From: Ostreococcus lucimarinus
Lineage: Eukaryota
Reading direction: 5' to 3' (one strand)
DNA: 64,000 bases
NCBI GenBank assembly: GCA_000092065.1
Contig: CP000600.1
Made by a program: the position numbers and the translations under genes. This document shows, piece after piece, positions 46,575 to 55,212 of the stretch (its first letter is position 1; each line of letters starts with the position of its first letter). The notes under the pieces were generated by a model that was not told the origin of the DNA, made no database searches, and saw only the letters and a program-made list of their open reading frames with translations.

Positions 46575-47441
46575 CTACGGCCCCGGACGCTCGGGCCTCG
46601 GGCCGAGTTCGCCGCGAGGATCGGTGACAGTGATGTCGCCCTCTCGCGGCTCGTTGTGTAATTTGTTTTGAACCGCGTCAGCTTCGACGCGCTCTTCAAG
46701 GGCGGTCAAGAGACGATCGACGACGACGTCGACGGGGGCGCCGTCGGCGTCGTCGCGCGCGCCGAGCGGGACGGTGATGTCTGCCTGCTTGTACATCGTT
46801 TCGCGCGTTTCTAACAGAGCGTTGATCTTGGCGACGATGGAATCGATCGTCGGTTGTTCCTCGCCGCTGGTGTCGCCGGAGAGTAAGGGACGCTTTTCGA
46901 CGCCGTCGGCGAGGACGCGGCGCGCCAAGAGCTCGGAGTCGCCGTGCAAGCGCACGGTGACGCCGTTGTGCAGGTGCATCCAATTCGTCTTCTCGCACAC
47001 GATACCACCGCCCGTAGATATGACGCATCGCTTGTACGCCGCGACTTCGGCGAGGATCATGCTCTCGATGGCGCGAAATTCGCTCTCGCCCGCCTCGGCG
47101 AAGAGCTCGCTCGGCGTCTTCTTTGTCACGCTCTTGATGAGCTCATCCGTGTCCAAGTGATTGTACCCGAGCGCTTTCGCCAGCGACGCCCCGACGGTGG
47201 ACTTTCCGGACCCCATGATACCGATTAAGAACAGCGACGTGTCTGCGAGCTTGTTCGCGACGGTACGACCGCGCAGAAGCTGCGCGGACTCGGACGCCGA
47301 AGCCGAGGCCGAGGACGCCCGGCGACTGTCTCGAGCGCGTCGCGTCGCGATGACGCGGTGCTTGAGCGTTTGCGTCGGTGCGGAACATTGCGTCGACGGC
47401 GAAGCGACGGCACGACGAGCCGCGAGCGCGGCAGACGACAT
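46575..47441 (-). CDS. SK: Shikimate kinase, plastid-targeted.
   Basis: Walker A 'GIMGSGKSTVG'. 'LDTDELIKS', 'VISTGGGIV' and 'LHGDSELLARRV' match shikimate-kinase motifs. S/A/R-rich transit peptide 'MSSAALAARRAVASPS...'. ORF sequence upstream of 47441 overlaps the 3' end of the SSD gene and is rejected. Confidence 0.8.
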   Translation of the reverse strand: MSSAALAARRAVASPSTQCSAPTQTLKHRVIATRRARDSRRASSASASASESAQLLRGRTVANKLADTSLFLIGIMGSGKSTVGASLAKALGYNHLDTDELIKSVTKKTPSELFAEAGESEFRAIESMILAEVAAYKRCVISTGGGIVCEKTNWMHLHNGVTVRLHGDSELLARRVLADGVEKRPLLSGDTSGEEQPTIDSIVAKINALLETRETMYKQADITVPLGARDDADGAPVDVVVDRLLTALEERVEADAVQNKLHNEPREGDITVTDPRGELGPRPERPGP

Positions 47442-47509
47442 GATGTCGCGCGTTTGAAAGTGAGGATGAAGATGGGGACAAGGACCTTGAGGTTTTCGGC
47501 GCTCGGGGC

Positions 47510-50500
47510 TCACGCGAAGAGACTGAGCGCTATTGGTAGAAAGACGACGCCATTCGCCACGGCGAAGAGCAAAATCACGCACCATTGACTGAAAAAGTAC
47601 ACGCGGAAGTACTCGTACCGCGCGAACGCGCTCGGGATGACACCAAGGAACGTGGTCACTCCAGCGTTGAACAAAGCGGGAGCGATGGATGCGAAGGCGG
47701 CGCCCGCGCGCCGGTCGGAAGAGAAAAACGCGCGGGACATGTGAGCGATGAATTCATTCACGACACCGGTCGAAATGATCAAGTTCGCCATGGATGCGCC
47801 GTTGAGCTTGACATTGAACCGACCCATGGCGCCGAAGAGCTCAGCTTGTGTGAACGCGAGCGTCGCAGAGGCCACCATAGTCGCTCGAACGTCGCCGCGA
47901 AAAGCAACGAACATAATGATTGTGGACGTCACGAGTCCTATGATGAGCGCTCGCCACGTGTTTGACTTGATGTTCAAGTACTGTTCGTTCATCGCATACA
48001 GCGCTACGTCGAATGGGAAGGCTCGGGCACCTCCTCGCGCGACGATGTCAGAATTCTTCAACGCGCTTCGAGCCTGGCGGATGTGCGCGAGTTTATCGTC
48101 AACGTCGAAAACGTCTTCGACGTAAAACAACAGCCTGGCGCTCGTGACGATTGACGCGTTGCTTCCGAGTGTTGTGAACGCGCGCGAAATTTCGCCGCGC
48201 TGACCGCCGGCGAGAAAAGCCGGGAACTCGCGAACGAATGCGTCTTCGTTGTAAATCAGTCGATGAGGGCAGTAGCATCGACTTCGCTCGCGGCTCGCGC
48301 CTTTGTGGAATTCGCACCGCTTCGATTGCGTCTGAGGTACGTGTGCTAAGCACTTTACCATGCATGTAAACGTTTGATTCTCGTCGAGCGCGTCCGCAGC
48401 GCACGAATCGTAAGGTTCCGCCGCCCTCGTGGCGTCGTAGTACCAACGCGTGTCGTTCAGCGAACACGAATGCCCGCCCGCAACTCTCGATTCCGCGTAT
48501 TCGGTGTAGTAAATCATGAAGTTGGTTGACCCGTGCGTTACGTCGACGTGCGCGACGTCGAGAAAGTCGCGCTCGAGTTCTCGCAACGCCACGGCGTACC
48601 GAGCAAAATCGACATTCGAGACGAAGACGAAGACAGGATACGTGGCGAATCGATGCTCCATCTCCGCCACGAACGGCGCCATGTAAGAATCGCTCGGTAT
48701 GACGTCCCGCATTTCGAGTCCAAGGCGTACTGTTGGAATGCCGGCGATCAAATACACGGCGAAGACACCATACATGGCGAGCACCGCAAGGCGTAACGCC
48801 GTGCTTGCGCGTGGTGCAGCAATCAAACGCTCACGCCACCGCACAAACGGCTCATACACCGCCGATGAAATCTTCGCAAAGGAAGAGTCGCGACGGAGCG
48901 GTGTCGTGCATTCGACGTCTTCTGATACCCTCCTCGCCTCAGATGCGCTGCGTCGCTCGAGATGTCGATACAGAATGCCAGGGAAAACCAACAACGCGAC
49001 GATGTAGTTGCATGCCACTGCGCACGCTATTTGGATACCAAAGTTTCTCACCGCGGGCACCGGCGAAATGGCGCCGAGCAAGAACGCGGCAAAGTTCATC
49101 GCGCTGGACAGTGTCACCGATGTACCACCATCGCGTAAAGTGCGAACGAGTATGTCTTCATTAGAACTTATTGAATCACCGTCAACGAATGAATCTTCAA
49201 GTTCTGCCGTAGCCGCCGCGGCGTGCGACGCGAGCACAAAGAAATCATTCACGCCCAAGCCGAGCGATAAGAACGGCAAAACTTGAAGCGTGATGGCGTT
49301 AAATGTCACGCCAGAGATTCGCGAGAGCGCGGCACTCAATCCTAAAGACGCCCACGTACTTAAAGCGACTACAGAGACGCCTTCGACAGCTGCTCGAGGG
49401 CCACACGCAGCGTTCGGGCTGAGATGGAAATATGTCACGACGTAAAAGGCGACGGTGAAGTAACCAATGAAGAGGAGCACGAAGGCGCCCCTCGACGCGG
49501 CGGCGATGATATCCTCAGTACTTCGTTGTGACATGTAAGCGATTGAAATGTGCTCGTAATTCGCAATTTTGGCGTCGATTTGCGAGAGCCAAAGTGATTC
49601 CCAACCCAACAGTAAATCTTCAGCGTCCTCTTTCGAGAGTTCGCGGCGTTCGTGTGCGGGAACCCAAATCAAAGTCGATGCCGTTGACGCAGATTTGGAC
49701 GCGCGCTTCGCCGGTGGAGTGACAACACTCGTATTCCTACCGCAAACATCGAAACTAGGCGTCGAGAATCCGCTCAGCGTACAAAACTGTACGATTTGTC
49801 CGACGTCATCGCGAGCGAAGAGGGACTCGCACGGTCTCGATCTTCCTCCGCAGTGAAGATCCCCGCAGTGACATTTCGACAAGGCAAAAGTCTCCAAGCT
49901 CGCACAACACTCGCTCGCAGCCGTGTAATTACCCTCGGCGATCAATGGACATTTCGTTTGCAGCGAACGTAGCTTGAATCCACACTCGAAGACGTTTGTC
50001 ACTGGCGTTGAAGCGCTCAAGTCTTCGTAGTAATCGTCTTCGATTCCACTCGTCGAAGACTTGCGTAACGTTTCTCCGTTCGGAAGTCTCACACACTGCG
50101 AATCGAACGAAATTCTTGCTATTCCGCACGTAGTGAACACTTGATTCCCGAGCGCGAACAACGTAGCGTCGCTCATCCACAACGTCTCGACGCACGGATG
50201 CTCGCGTAGTCTCGCCATATACTCGCAGCACGTGGGTGGCTGCTCCGCGTCGCCCTCCGGAACGCAACCGTATTCCAACACCGAAAACAAATTAAACGTT
50301 TCTATGCACGAGCAATCTTCCAACGATGGCGTCCCCGCGCGACAGCCCAACACGTCGACCGCCGACGCCTGCGTCGGCGTAAAAGTCGTTCGCACCACGC
50401 CGCGAGCGGCCAACGAGGCGGCGTCGCGCGTTTGAAACACCACGCGCATCGCATCTAACCCGTTCGCGTCTTCTCGCAATCCCGAAAACAGTACTTTCGG

Positions 50501-51061
50501 GGGAGTCGCGAGATTGAACCATTGTTTGCACCCTCGAGCGAAAGACTGATTGAAATCTTTCTCGAAATCAAATGATGCCACGCTCGGGCGAACCGAGTAC
50601 GACGCCGCGAACGCATCGTTCTTCTCAGCCCCTCCCGGCGCGCTCACCGCACCTTCCGCGAAACAATCCAACGGCGTTATTTGAAAACACGGCGTGTGCG
50701 GTTCGGAATCGACGTACTTGTAGCAAAAATCGTGCAGGGTGTACGACCCCGCCGCGGACGGCGCCTCCAAACCGTACATCCAGTCGTGCCAGTCCTTGAG
50801 TTCTAAGAACGCCTCCCTCGACGCCAACGTCGGCGCTCGCTTCGCCGTCACGACGAACGCCTGCGTCCTATAGTCACCGAACGCGTCTTCGTACGTCTTT
50901 ACCTCCTCCCGCGCTCGCGCGTCGACCCACAACTTCAGCGCGTCGACCTCGACCCTTCCCCAGAGCGCGCCGAACCCCCCCGCGAGCGCGCACGCCGCGA
51001 CCACCGCTCCGCACCGCGGACGCACCGCGCACGCCGCGACGCACGCTCTTATTTTTTCCAT
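47510..51061 (-). CDS. Patched/NPC1/Dispatched-like sterol-sensing-domain (RND-superfamily) membrane protein.
   Basis: 1183 aa. Large Cys-rich luminal domain, then a first 5-6 TM bundle with the SSD signature '...ITLQVLPFLSLGLGVNDFFVLASH...SAMNFAAFLLGAISPVPAVRNFGIQIACAVACNYIVALLVFP'. Second luminal loop, then a second TM bundle 'LIIGLVTSTIIMFVAF...TLAFTQAELFGAMGRFNVKLN...LIISTGVVNEFIAHM...FLGVIPSAFA'. Confidence 0.75.
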   Translation of the reverse strand: MEKIRACVAACAVRPRCGAVVAACALAGGFGALWGRVEVDALKLWVDARAREEVKTYEDAFGDYRTQAFVVTAKRAPTLASREAFLELKDWHDWMYGLEAPSAAGSYTLHDFCYKYVDSEPHTPCFQITPLDCFAEGAVSAPGGAEKNDAFAASYSVRPSVASFDFEKDFNQSFARGCKQWFNLATPPKVLFSGLREDANGLDAMRVVFQTRDAASLAARGVVRTTFTPTQASAVDVLGCRAGTPSLEDCSCIETFNLFSVLEYGCVPEGDAEQPPTCCEYMARLREHPCVETLWMSDATLFALGNQVFTTCGIARISFDSQCVRLPNGETLRKSSTSGIEDDYYEDLSASTPVTNVFECGFKLRSLQTKCPLIAEGNYTAASECCASLETFALSKCHCGDLHCGGRSRPCESLFARDDVGQIVQFCTLSGFSTPSFDVCGRNTSVVTPPAKRASKSASTASTLIWVPAHERRELSKEDAEDLLLGWESLWLSQIDAKIANYEHISIAYMSQRSTEDIIAAASRGAFVLLFIGYFTVAFYVVTYFHLSPNAACGPRAAVEGVSVVALSTWASLGLSAALSRISGVTFNAITLQVLPFLSLGLGVNDFFVLASHAAAATAELEDSFVDGDSISSNEDILVRTLRDGGTSVTLSSAMNFAAFLLGAISPVPAVRNFGIQIACAVACNYIVALLVFPGILYRHLERRSASEARRVSEDVECTTPLRRDSSFAKISSAVYEPFVRWRERLIAAPRASTALRLAVLAMYGVFAVYLIAGIPTVRLGLEMRDVIPSDSYMAPFVAEMEHRFATYPVFVFVSNVDFARYAVALRELERDFLDVAHVDVTHGSTNFMIYYTEYAESRVAGGHSCSLNDTRWYYDATRAAEPYDSCAADALDENQTFTCMVKCLAHVPQTQSKRCEFHKGASRERSRCYCPHRLIYNEDAFVREFPAFLAGGQRGEISRAFTTLGSNASIVTSARLLFYVEDVFDVDDKLAHIRQARSALKNSDIVARGGARAFPFDVALYAMNEQYLNIKSNTWRALIIGLVTSTIIMFVAFRGDVRATMVASATLAFTQAELFGAMGRFNVKLNGASMANLIISTGVVNEFIAHMSRAFFSSDRRAGAAFASIAPALFNAGVTTFLGVIPSAFARYEYFRVYFFSQWCVILLFAVANGVVFLPIALSLFA

Positions 51062-51306
51062 CGCCCTCGCGCGCTCCTAGCGCGTCGCGCGCGTCGTCGT
51101 GTGCCGAAAACGGTCGAGAACGTCGAGAGAGCCATGTGTCGGTTCTTGTCCTCTCTCGGCCAACACTAAAATCTACAGCGCAACTTTTGCTACGCGGCAC
51201 ATCGACGCGCGACGCGCGACGCGCGAACGCGAACGCGAACGCGACGCGACGCGAAATAACGTCGACGGTGACGTCGACGTGACCGCGCGCGACGCGCGCG
51301 ACGTCG

Positions 51307-51362
51307 ACGAACGAACGAACGAACGAACGAACGAACGAACGAACGAACGAACGAACGAACGA
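51307..51362. repeat. (GAAC)n tetranucleotide microsatellite, about 13 units.
   Basis: 'acgaacgaacgaacgaac...' lies in the divergent promoter region between the SSD gene (start 51061, -) and the SNARE-like gene (start 51386, +). Confidence 0.9.
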
Positions 51363-51385
51363 TCGTCGAGCCAACACCCGGCGCG

Positions 51386-51883
51386 ATGTCGGGACGAGAG
51401 CGCGATGCGCTGCTCGGGAACGACGCCGAACGCGCGCGGAGGAAGACGGCGATCGAAGGCGTGGAGCGGTCGAGCGCGAACGCGGATCGGTTGGAGCAAA
51501 CGGCGCGGACAGCGATGGAGAGCGCGCAGACTGGAGAAAACATTATGAGCAAGCTGCACGATCAGCGGGAGAAGATTTTGAGCGCGCGCGCGAGCGCGGG
51601 GCACATGGAGCGGGATATGGATAAGAGTGAAAAGCGCATGACGCAGCTCGGATGCGAAAAGTGCATGCAGCGGTGGGCGTTTTGTGTTTTAGTGTTGCTC
51701 GTGTTGACGGGATTGAGTTTTCTGTTGTGGTATAAACTCAAGCATCGGGACGAAGATAAGGCGCGTCGAGAGGCCGAGGAGGACGAGGCGTTGGCGATGT
51801 TGGCGTCGAAAGTGACGTCCACGGTGAACGATTCGTTGGCGCACATGGGACGGGTCCCGCGGCGACTGTTGGGGACGAGATAG
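51386..51883 (+). CDS. Small tail-anchored SNARE-like protein (Bet1/GS15/Sft1-like Qc-SNARE), with an unusually long ~48-aa segment after the TM helix.
   Basis: Coiled-coil heptads 'LEQTARTAMESAQTGENIMSKLHDQREKILSARASAGHMERDMDKSEKRMTQL', then the single TM 'WAFCVLVLLVLTGLSFLLWY'. Resembles GS15 '...TSLLTGSVKRFSTMARSG...LLCGMAVGLIVAFFILSYFL'. Confidence 0.4.
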   Translation: MSGRERDALLGNDAERARRKTAIEGVERSSANADRLEQTARTAMESAQTGENIMSKLHDQREKILSARASAGHMERDMDKSEKRMTQLGCEKCMQRWAFCVLVLLVLTGLSFLLWYKLKHRDEDKARREAEEDEALAMLASKVTSTVNDSLAHMGRVPRRLLGTR

Positions 51884-51944
51884 CAAAACTTTGTTTGTTC
51901 ATAGAAAAATGTATGTAGACTACACCGCGACGACCGCGTCGCGA

Positions 51945-52556
51945 TCACGAGAACCCGACCGATTTCCACCCATACTTACTCAGCGCCAACCGCAGCGTCT
52001 TGATGCGCTTGCGATTCGCGTCGCCGTCGCTCTGTCCCAAACGCGAAGCGCTCCTGTAGTCTACGCGCGACTTCGAGTTGCCCACATCCTTCGGGAACCA
52101 AAACTCCACGTCGTCCACGAACCCAAATATTTTACTCTTGTACTCCAACCGCAAGTAATCATCCGTTCGCTCGACGATCGTCGGCGTGAATCCATCGCAA
52201 TCCGTCGTCAGCGTGACGTCGACGAGCTCCTGCATCGCCTCGCTCGTCGTCTTCGCCGCGCCGCCGCGCGCGATTTTCTCCTCGTCGTTGTACGTCCACG
52301 CCGGAATGTAGTGCAGCGTGTCGTTGAACTCGTCCGCCGTGCCGACGCAGTTCGGCGTCGACGGGCAGAGCGCGAGGCCGGTCGAGACGCCGTTGAACGA
52401 CCCCACGCCCAACCCGGGACGCTCGCCCTCAAAGTTTAACAGCGAACCGACGAGCACGGGGGCGGCGACGCCGCGCAGGACGAAGCGACGGGACTGCTCG
52501 GGCGCGCGTTGGGCGCTGGCGCGAACGCACGGGCGAGCGGAGGCGCGCGCGAGCAT
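51945..52556 (-). CDS. DUF1499-family protein (plastid-type), with a transit peptide.
   Basis: 'CPSTPNCV', 'YLRLEYKSKIFGFVDDVEFWF' and 'RSASRLGQSDGDANRKRIKTLR' match the DUF1499 (PF07386) conserved blocks. N-terminal 'MLARASARPCVRASAQRA'. Confidence 0.6.
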   Translation of the reverse strand: MLARASARPCVRASAQRAPEQSRRFVLRGVAAPVLVGSLLNFEGERPGLGVGSFNGVSTGLALCPSTPNCVGTADEFNDTLHYIPAWTYNDEEKIARGGAAKTTSEAMQELVDVTLTTDCDGFTPTIVERTDDYLRLEYKSKIFGFVDDVEFWFPKDVGNSKSRVDYRSASRLGQSDGDANRKRIKTLRLALSKYGWKSVGFS

Positions 52557-52652
52557 CGTGCGCGCGGGCGAGTGGCTACTTTGTGATTTTATGATACAAC
52601 GACGACGCGCGACGCGAGCCACGGCGCGAGCGATGGTGCGGCTTCGACGGAG

Positions 52653-55169
52653 CTACGGCATGAGCGATGGTGCGGCCTCGACGGCGCGCTTCTTGGACTC
52701 GATCACGAGACGCTTTTCGGCGAAGAACATGCGCTCGAGCTCGGGGGCGATGTCTTCCATCGTGGGACGCTCGAGGGCGTCGGCGCGCCAACATCGAGCG
52801 ATGACGGCGATGTATTCTTCGGGAAGACGCACGGCGAACTTTGAGGCGTCATCGAGCGACGGACGCTCGCCGCGAAGTAGAGCGGCGACGATTTGCATCG
52901 GTGATAAACCGCTGAAGGGATCTTCGCGCGTGAGACACTCCCACATGACGACGGCGAAACTGTACACGTCAACGGCGGTCGTGTACCGAGGCTGGCCTTC
53001 GAGGAGTTCGGGAGCCATGAACTGGTACGTGCCGACGAGCGACATCATGCCGCCGCTCGTCGACGCGCCGGTGTGAAATTTCGACAACCCAAAATCTCCG
53101 AGTTTTATGGATCCGCCGTCGTCGATGAACAAGTTTCCAGACTTGACGTCGCGGTGGATGATGTCCGAAGCGTGCAAATACACCAAGCCTTTCGCGGCCT
53201 CGCTCATCCATTTCAGAACCTTAAACGCCGAAAGGGTCTTGTTCGGGTTGTGCAGGTACGCGTATAGCGATCCTTTGTCGCAGTAGTCCATGATGATGCA
53301 TAGATTCGGCGGTGCTGTGGATGCGCCGATGAATTGCACGATGTGACGATGTCGCAAACGCGTGAGGAAAGAAAGCTCGCGCTTGAACTCAGCCAAACCG
53401 CGCTCGTCGCTCACGTCGCTCAGCACGCACAATCGCTTGATGGCAACGTCTGTTCCTCTATACTTACCGCGGAATACTTCGCCAAACGCGCCGCGACCGA
53501 TTTGTCGACCAAACTCTAAATGGTCGAGTGGAATCTCTTCAAAGTCGTTTTGTCGCGACGACGGTGTGGTCATCGGGCTTCGCGGCGGCTTTTGCGGCGC
53601 CAAAGGCGATGGCGTCGACTGCGGCGAACGTTTGCTTTCGCTCTCGTCTAAAGCATCGGTGAGCGTGCGCACGGCGAACGGATCGACGTACGTCGAAGCA
53701 GACGCTGGCCCGCTTTGAAGCGGCGTGAACTCGAGCGGCGCCGCAAACGCGTCCAAATCAAAATCGCTGGGTTTTCGACGATGACCGGGGCGCGCGCCCA
53801 AATCGAGCGGCGGCGCCAAGCCGAACGGATTATAATGCTCGTTGTCATCATTGTCGTCGAACTTGATCAGAGGCGGAATCTCCCCCACGGCGATTATCTG
53901 CGGCGCCTGCGCCGCCAGATCGGCGTCCATCAAGTTTTCAAACGTCGGATCCAACACGTGTTTCTTAGCCGGCGCGTTGGCGCTTAAAATCTCCTTAATA
54001 TCCGTCTCCTTCTCTAAGAACTTTGGTTCCGTTTCACCGAGCGTATGCACGATTTCCTGCCTCAGGAACGCCTTGCGTAACGCCACGCGAAAGCATTCTC
54101 GCAACGCGACGTGCTCGGCGCGAAACTTTTCGTTGTCACCTTCGGACAACCTATTCTCTTCCGCCAACGTCGCCGCAACGAAGAGCGCAGCGGCGTACGC
54201 TAAATCCGCCTCGCGCAACGCCAACCGCGCGACGAAACCGATGAGATCGGTCCATTGGAACTTGTCGAATTCGTTCGTCGTCGCCGCGACGGCTTCGGGC
54301 AAGTGTCGCGCGGCGAGCTCGACGACTCGTCTCGCTTTTCCCGCCACCGCGATGAGCGCGCACAAACTGACCGAGGAAATTGGATCGTGCATCCCGATAT
54401 CATCGTCCTCAAGCGTCTCCACGCGTGCGTCCACGGAGTAATTGTTCTCAAACGCCACGAAGAAGCGATGAAACTTACTCTTCGCTCGAATCATCGCCGC
54501 GTACGGCGCCACCAGCCCCGCGCACGCGTCGAACCCTTCGCGCTCGTAAAACCCCAAACCCTTCGTAAACTCCGCACTCGCCTTGCGTCTCGCCCCTCCG
54601 AGCGCCCCGAAATCGCTCGAATACGCCTCCAAAGGCTCATCCATCAATTTTTCTCGCCACGCGTACGTCGGATGCAAAATCGACGAGCTCCCGTGTTGCT
54701 GCAACGCGTGCACCACTCCACACATCCGCAGCGCCGACACCGAGCTTCGCAACACATCCACTCTCGCCAACGATTTCAGCATCATCTCTATGTTCTCACT
54801 CCGTCGCGTCGCGTCTTCGCACCACGTCGCTCGCACCAATCGTTCGACGTGCCGTCGCTTCGGCGCTCGTCCCTCGCTCGAGTGCATCGTCGCCTTCACG
54901 CACGAGTACTCGATCGGCGTCAGGCTCCGCATGTACGACTGGAACTTTTCATTGAACGTGCCGACGTCGTCCGCGAACGACGGCGTCGGCGTCAGCGCGC
55001 CGCTGAAACTCGACGCGCTTTCGTGATGATGATGTTGGTGACTCAAACTCGTCGTCGCGCCGTCGCTCGACCGCGTCGGCGCGCGCGCGACGTCGCCGCG
55101 ATCGCCGACGGCGTCGCTCGCGCCGTCGGTGCCCTCGCGCGCGTCGAAGACGCGCTCGGCGCGCGACAT
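52653..55169 (-). CDS. Serine/threonine protein kinase (TKL, Raf/CTR1/EDR1-like) with a long N-terminal regulatory region. Start ambiguous: 55169 or internal M at ~54932.
   Basis: C-terminal kinase domain: GxGxxG 'IGRGAFGEVF', 'VAIKRL', 'HRDVKSGNLFID' (HRDxKxxN), 'DFGLS' and 'APE' ('FMAPELL'). The first ~100 aa of ORF 52653..55472 overlap the MMS19 5' end and are rejected. Confidence 0.8.
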   Translation of the reverse strand: MSRAERVFDAREGTDGASDAVGDRGDVARAPTRSSDGATTSLSHQHHHHESASSFSGALTPTPSFADDVGTFNEKFQSYMRSLTPIEYSCVKATMHSSEGRAPKRRHVERLVRATWCEDATRRSENIEMMLKSLARVDVLRSSVSALRMCGVVHALQQHGSSSILHPTYAWREKLMDEPLEAYSSDFGALGGARRKASAEFTKGLGFYEREGFDACAGLVAPYAAMIRAKSKFHRFFVAFENNYSVDARVETLEDDDIGMHDPISSVSLCALIAVAGKARRVVELAARHLPEAVAATTNEFDKFQWTDLIGFVARLALREADLAYAAALFVAATLAEENRLSEGDNEKFRAEHVALRECFRVALRKAFLRQEIVHTLGETEPKFLEKETDIKEILSANAPAKKHVLDPTFENLMDADLAAQAPQIIAVGEIPPLIKFDDNDDNEHYNPFGLAPPLDLGARPGHRRKPSDFDLDAFAAPLEFTPLQSGPASASTYVDPFAVRTLTDALDESESKRSPQSTPSPLAPQKPPRSPMTTPSSRQNDFEEIPLDHLEFGRQIGRGAFGEVFRGKYRGTDVAIKRLCVLSDVSDERGLAEFKRELSFLTRLRHRHIVQFIGASTAPPNLCIIMDYCDKGSLYAYLHNPNKTLSAFKVLKWMSEAAKGLVYLHASDIIHRDVKSGNLFIDDGGSIKLGDFGLSKFHTGASTSGGMMSLVGTYQFMAPELLEGQPRYTTAVDVYSFAVVMWECLTREDPFSGLSPMQIVAALLRGERPSLDDASKFAVRLPEEYIAVIARCWRADALERPTMEDIAPELERMFFAEKRLVIESKKRAVEAAPSLMP

Positions 55170-55212
55170 GACGACGCCGTCGCCGCAGATTGCGACGCTC
55201 CGGCGTCGAACA

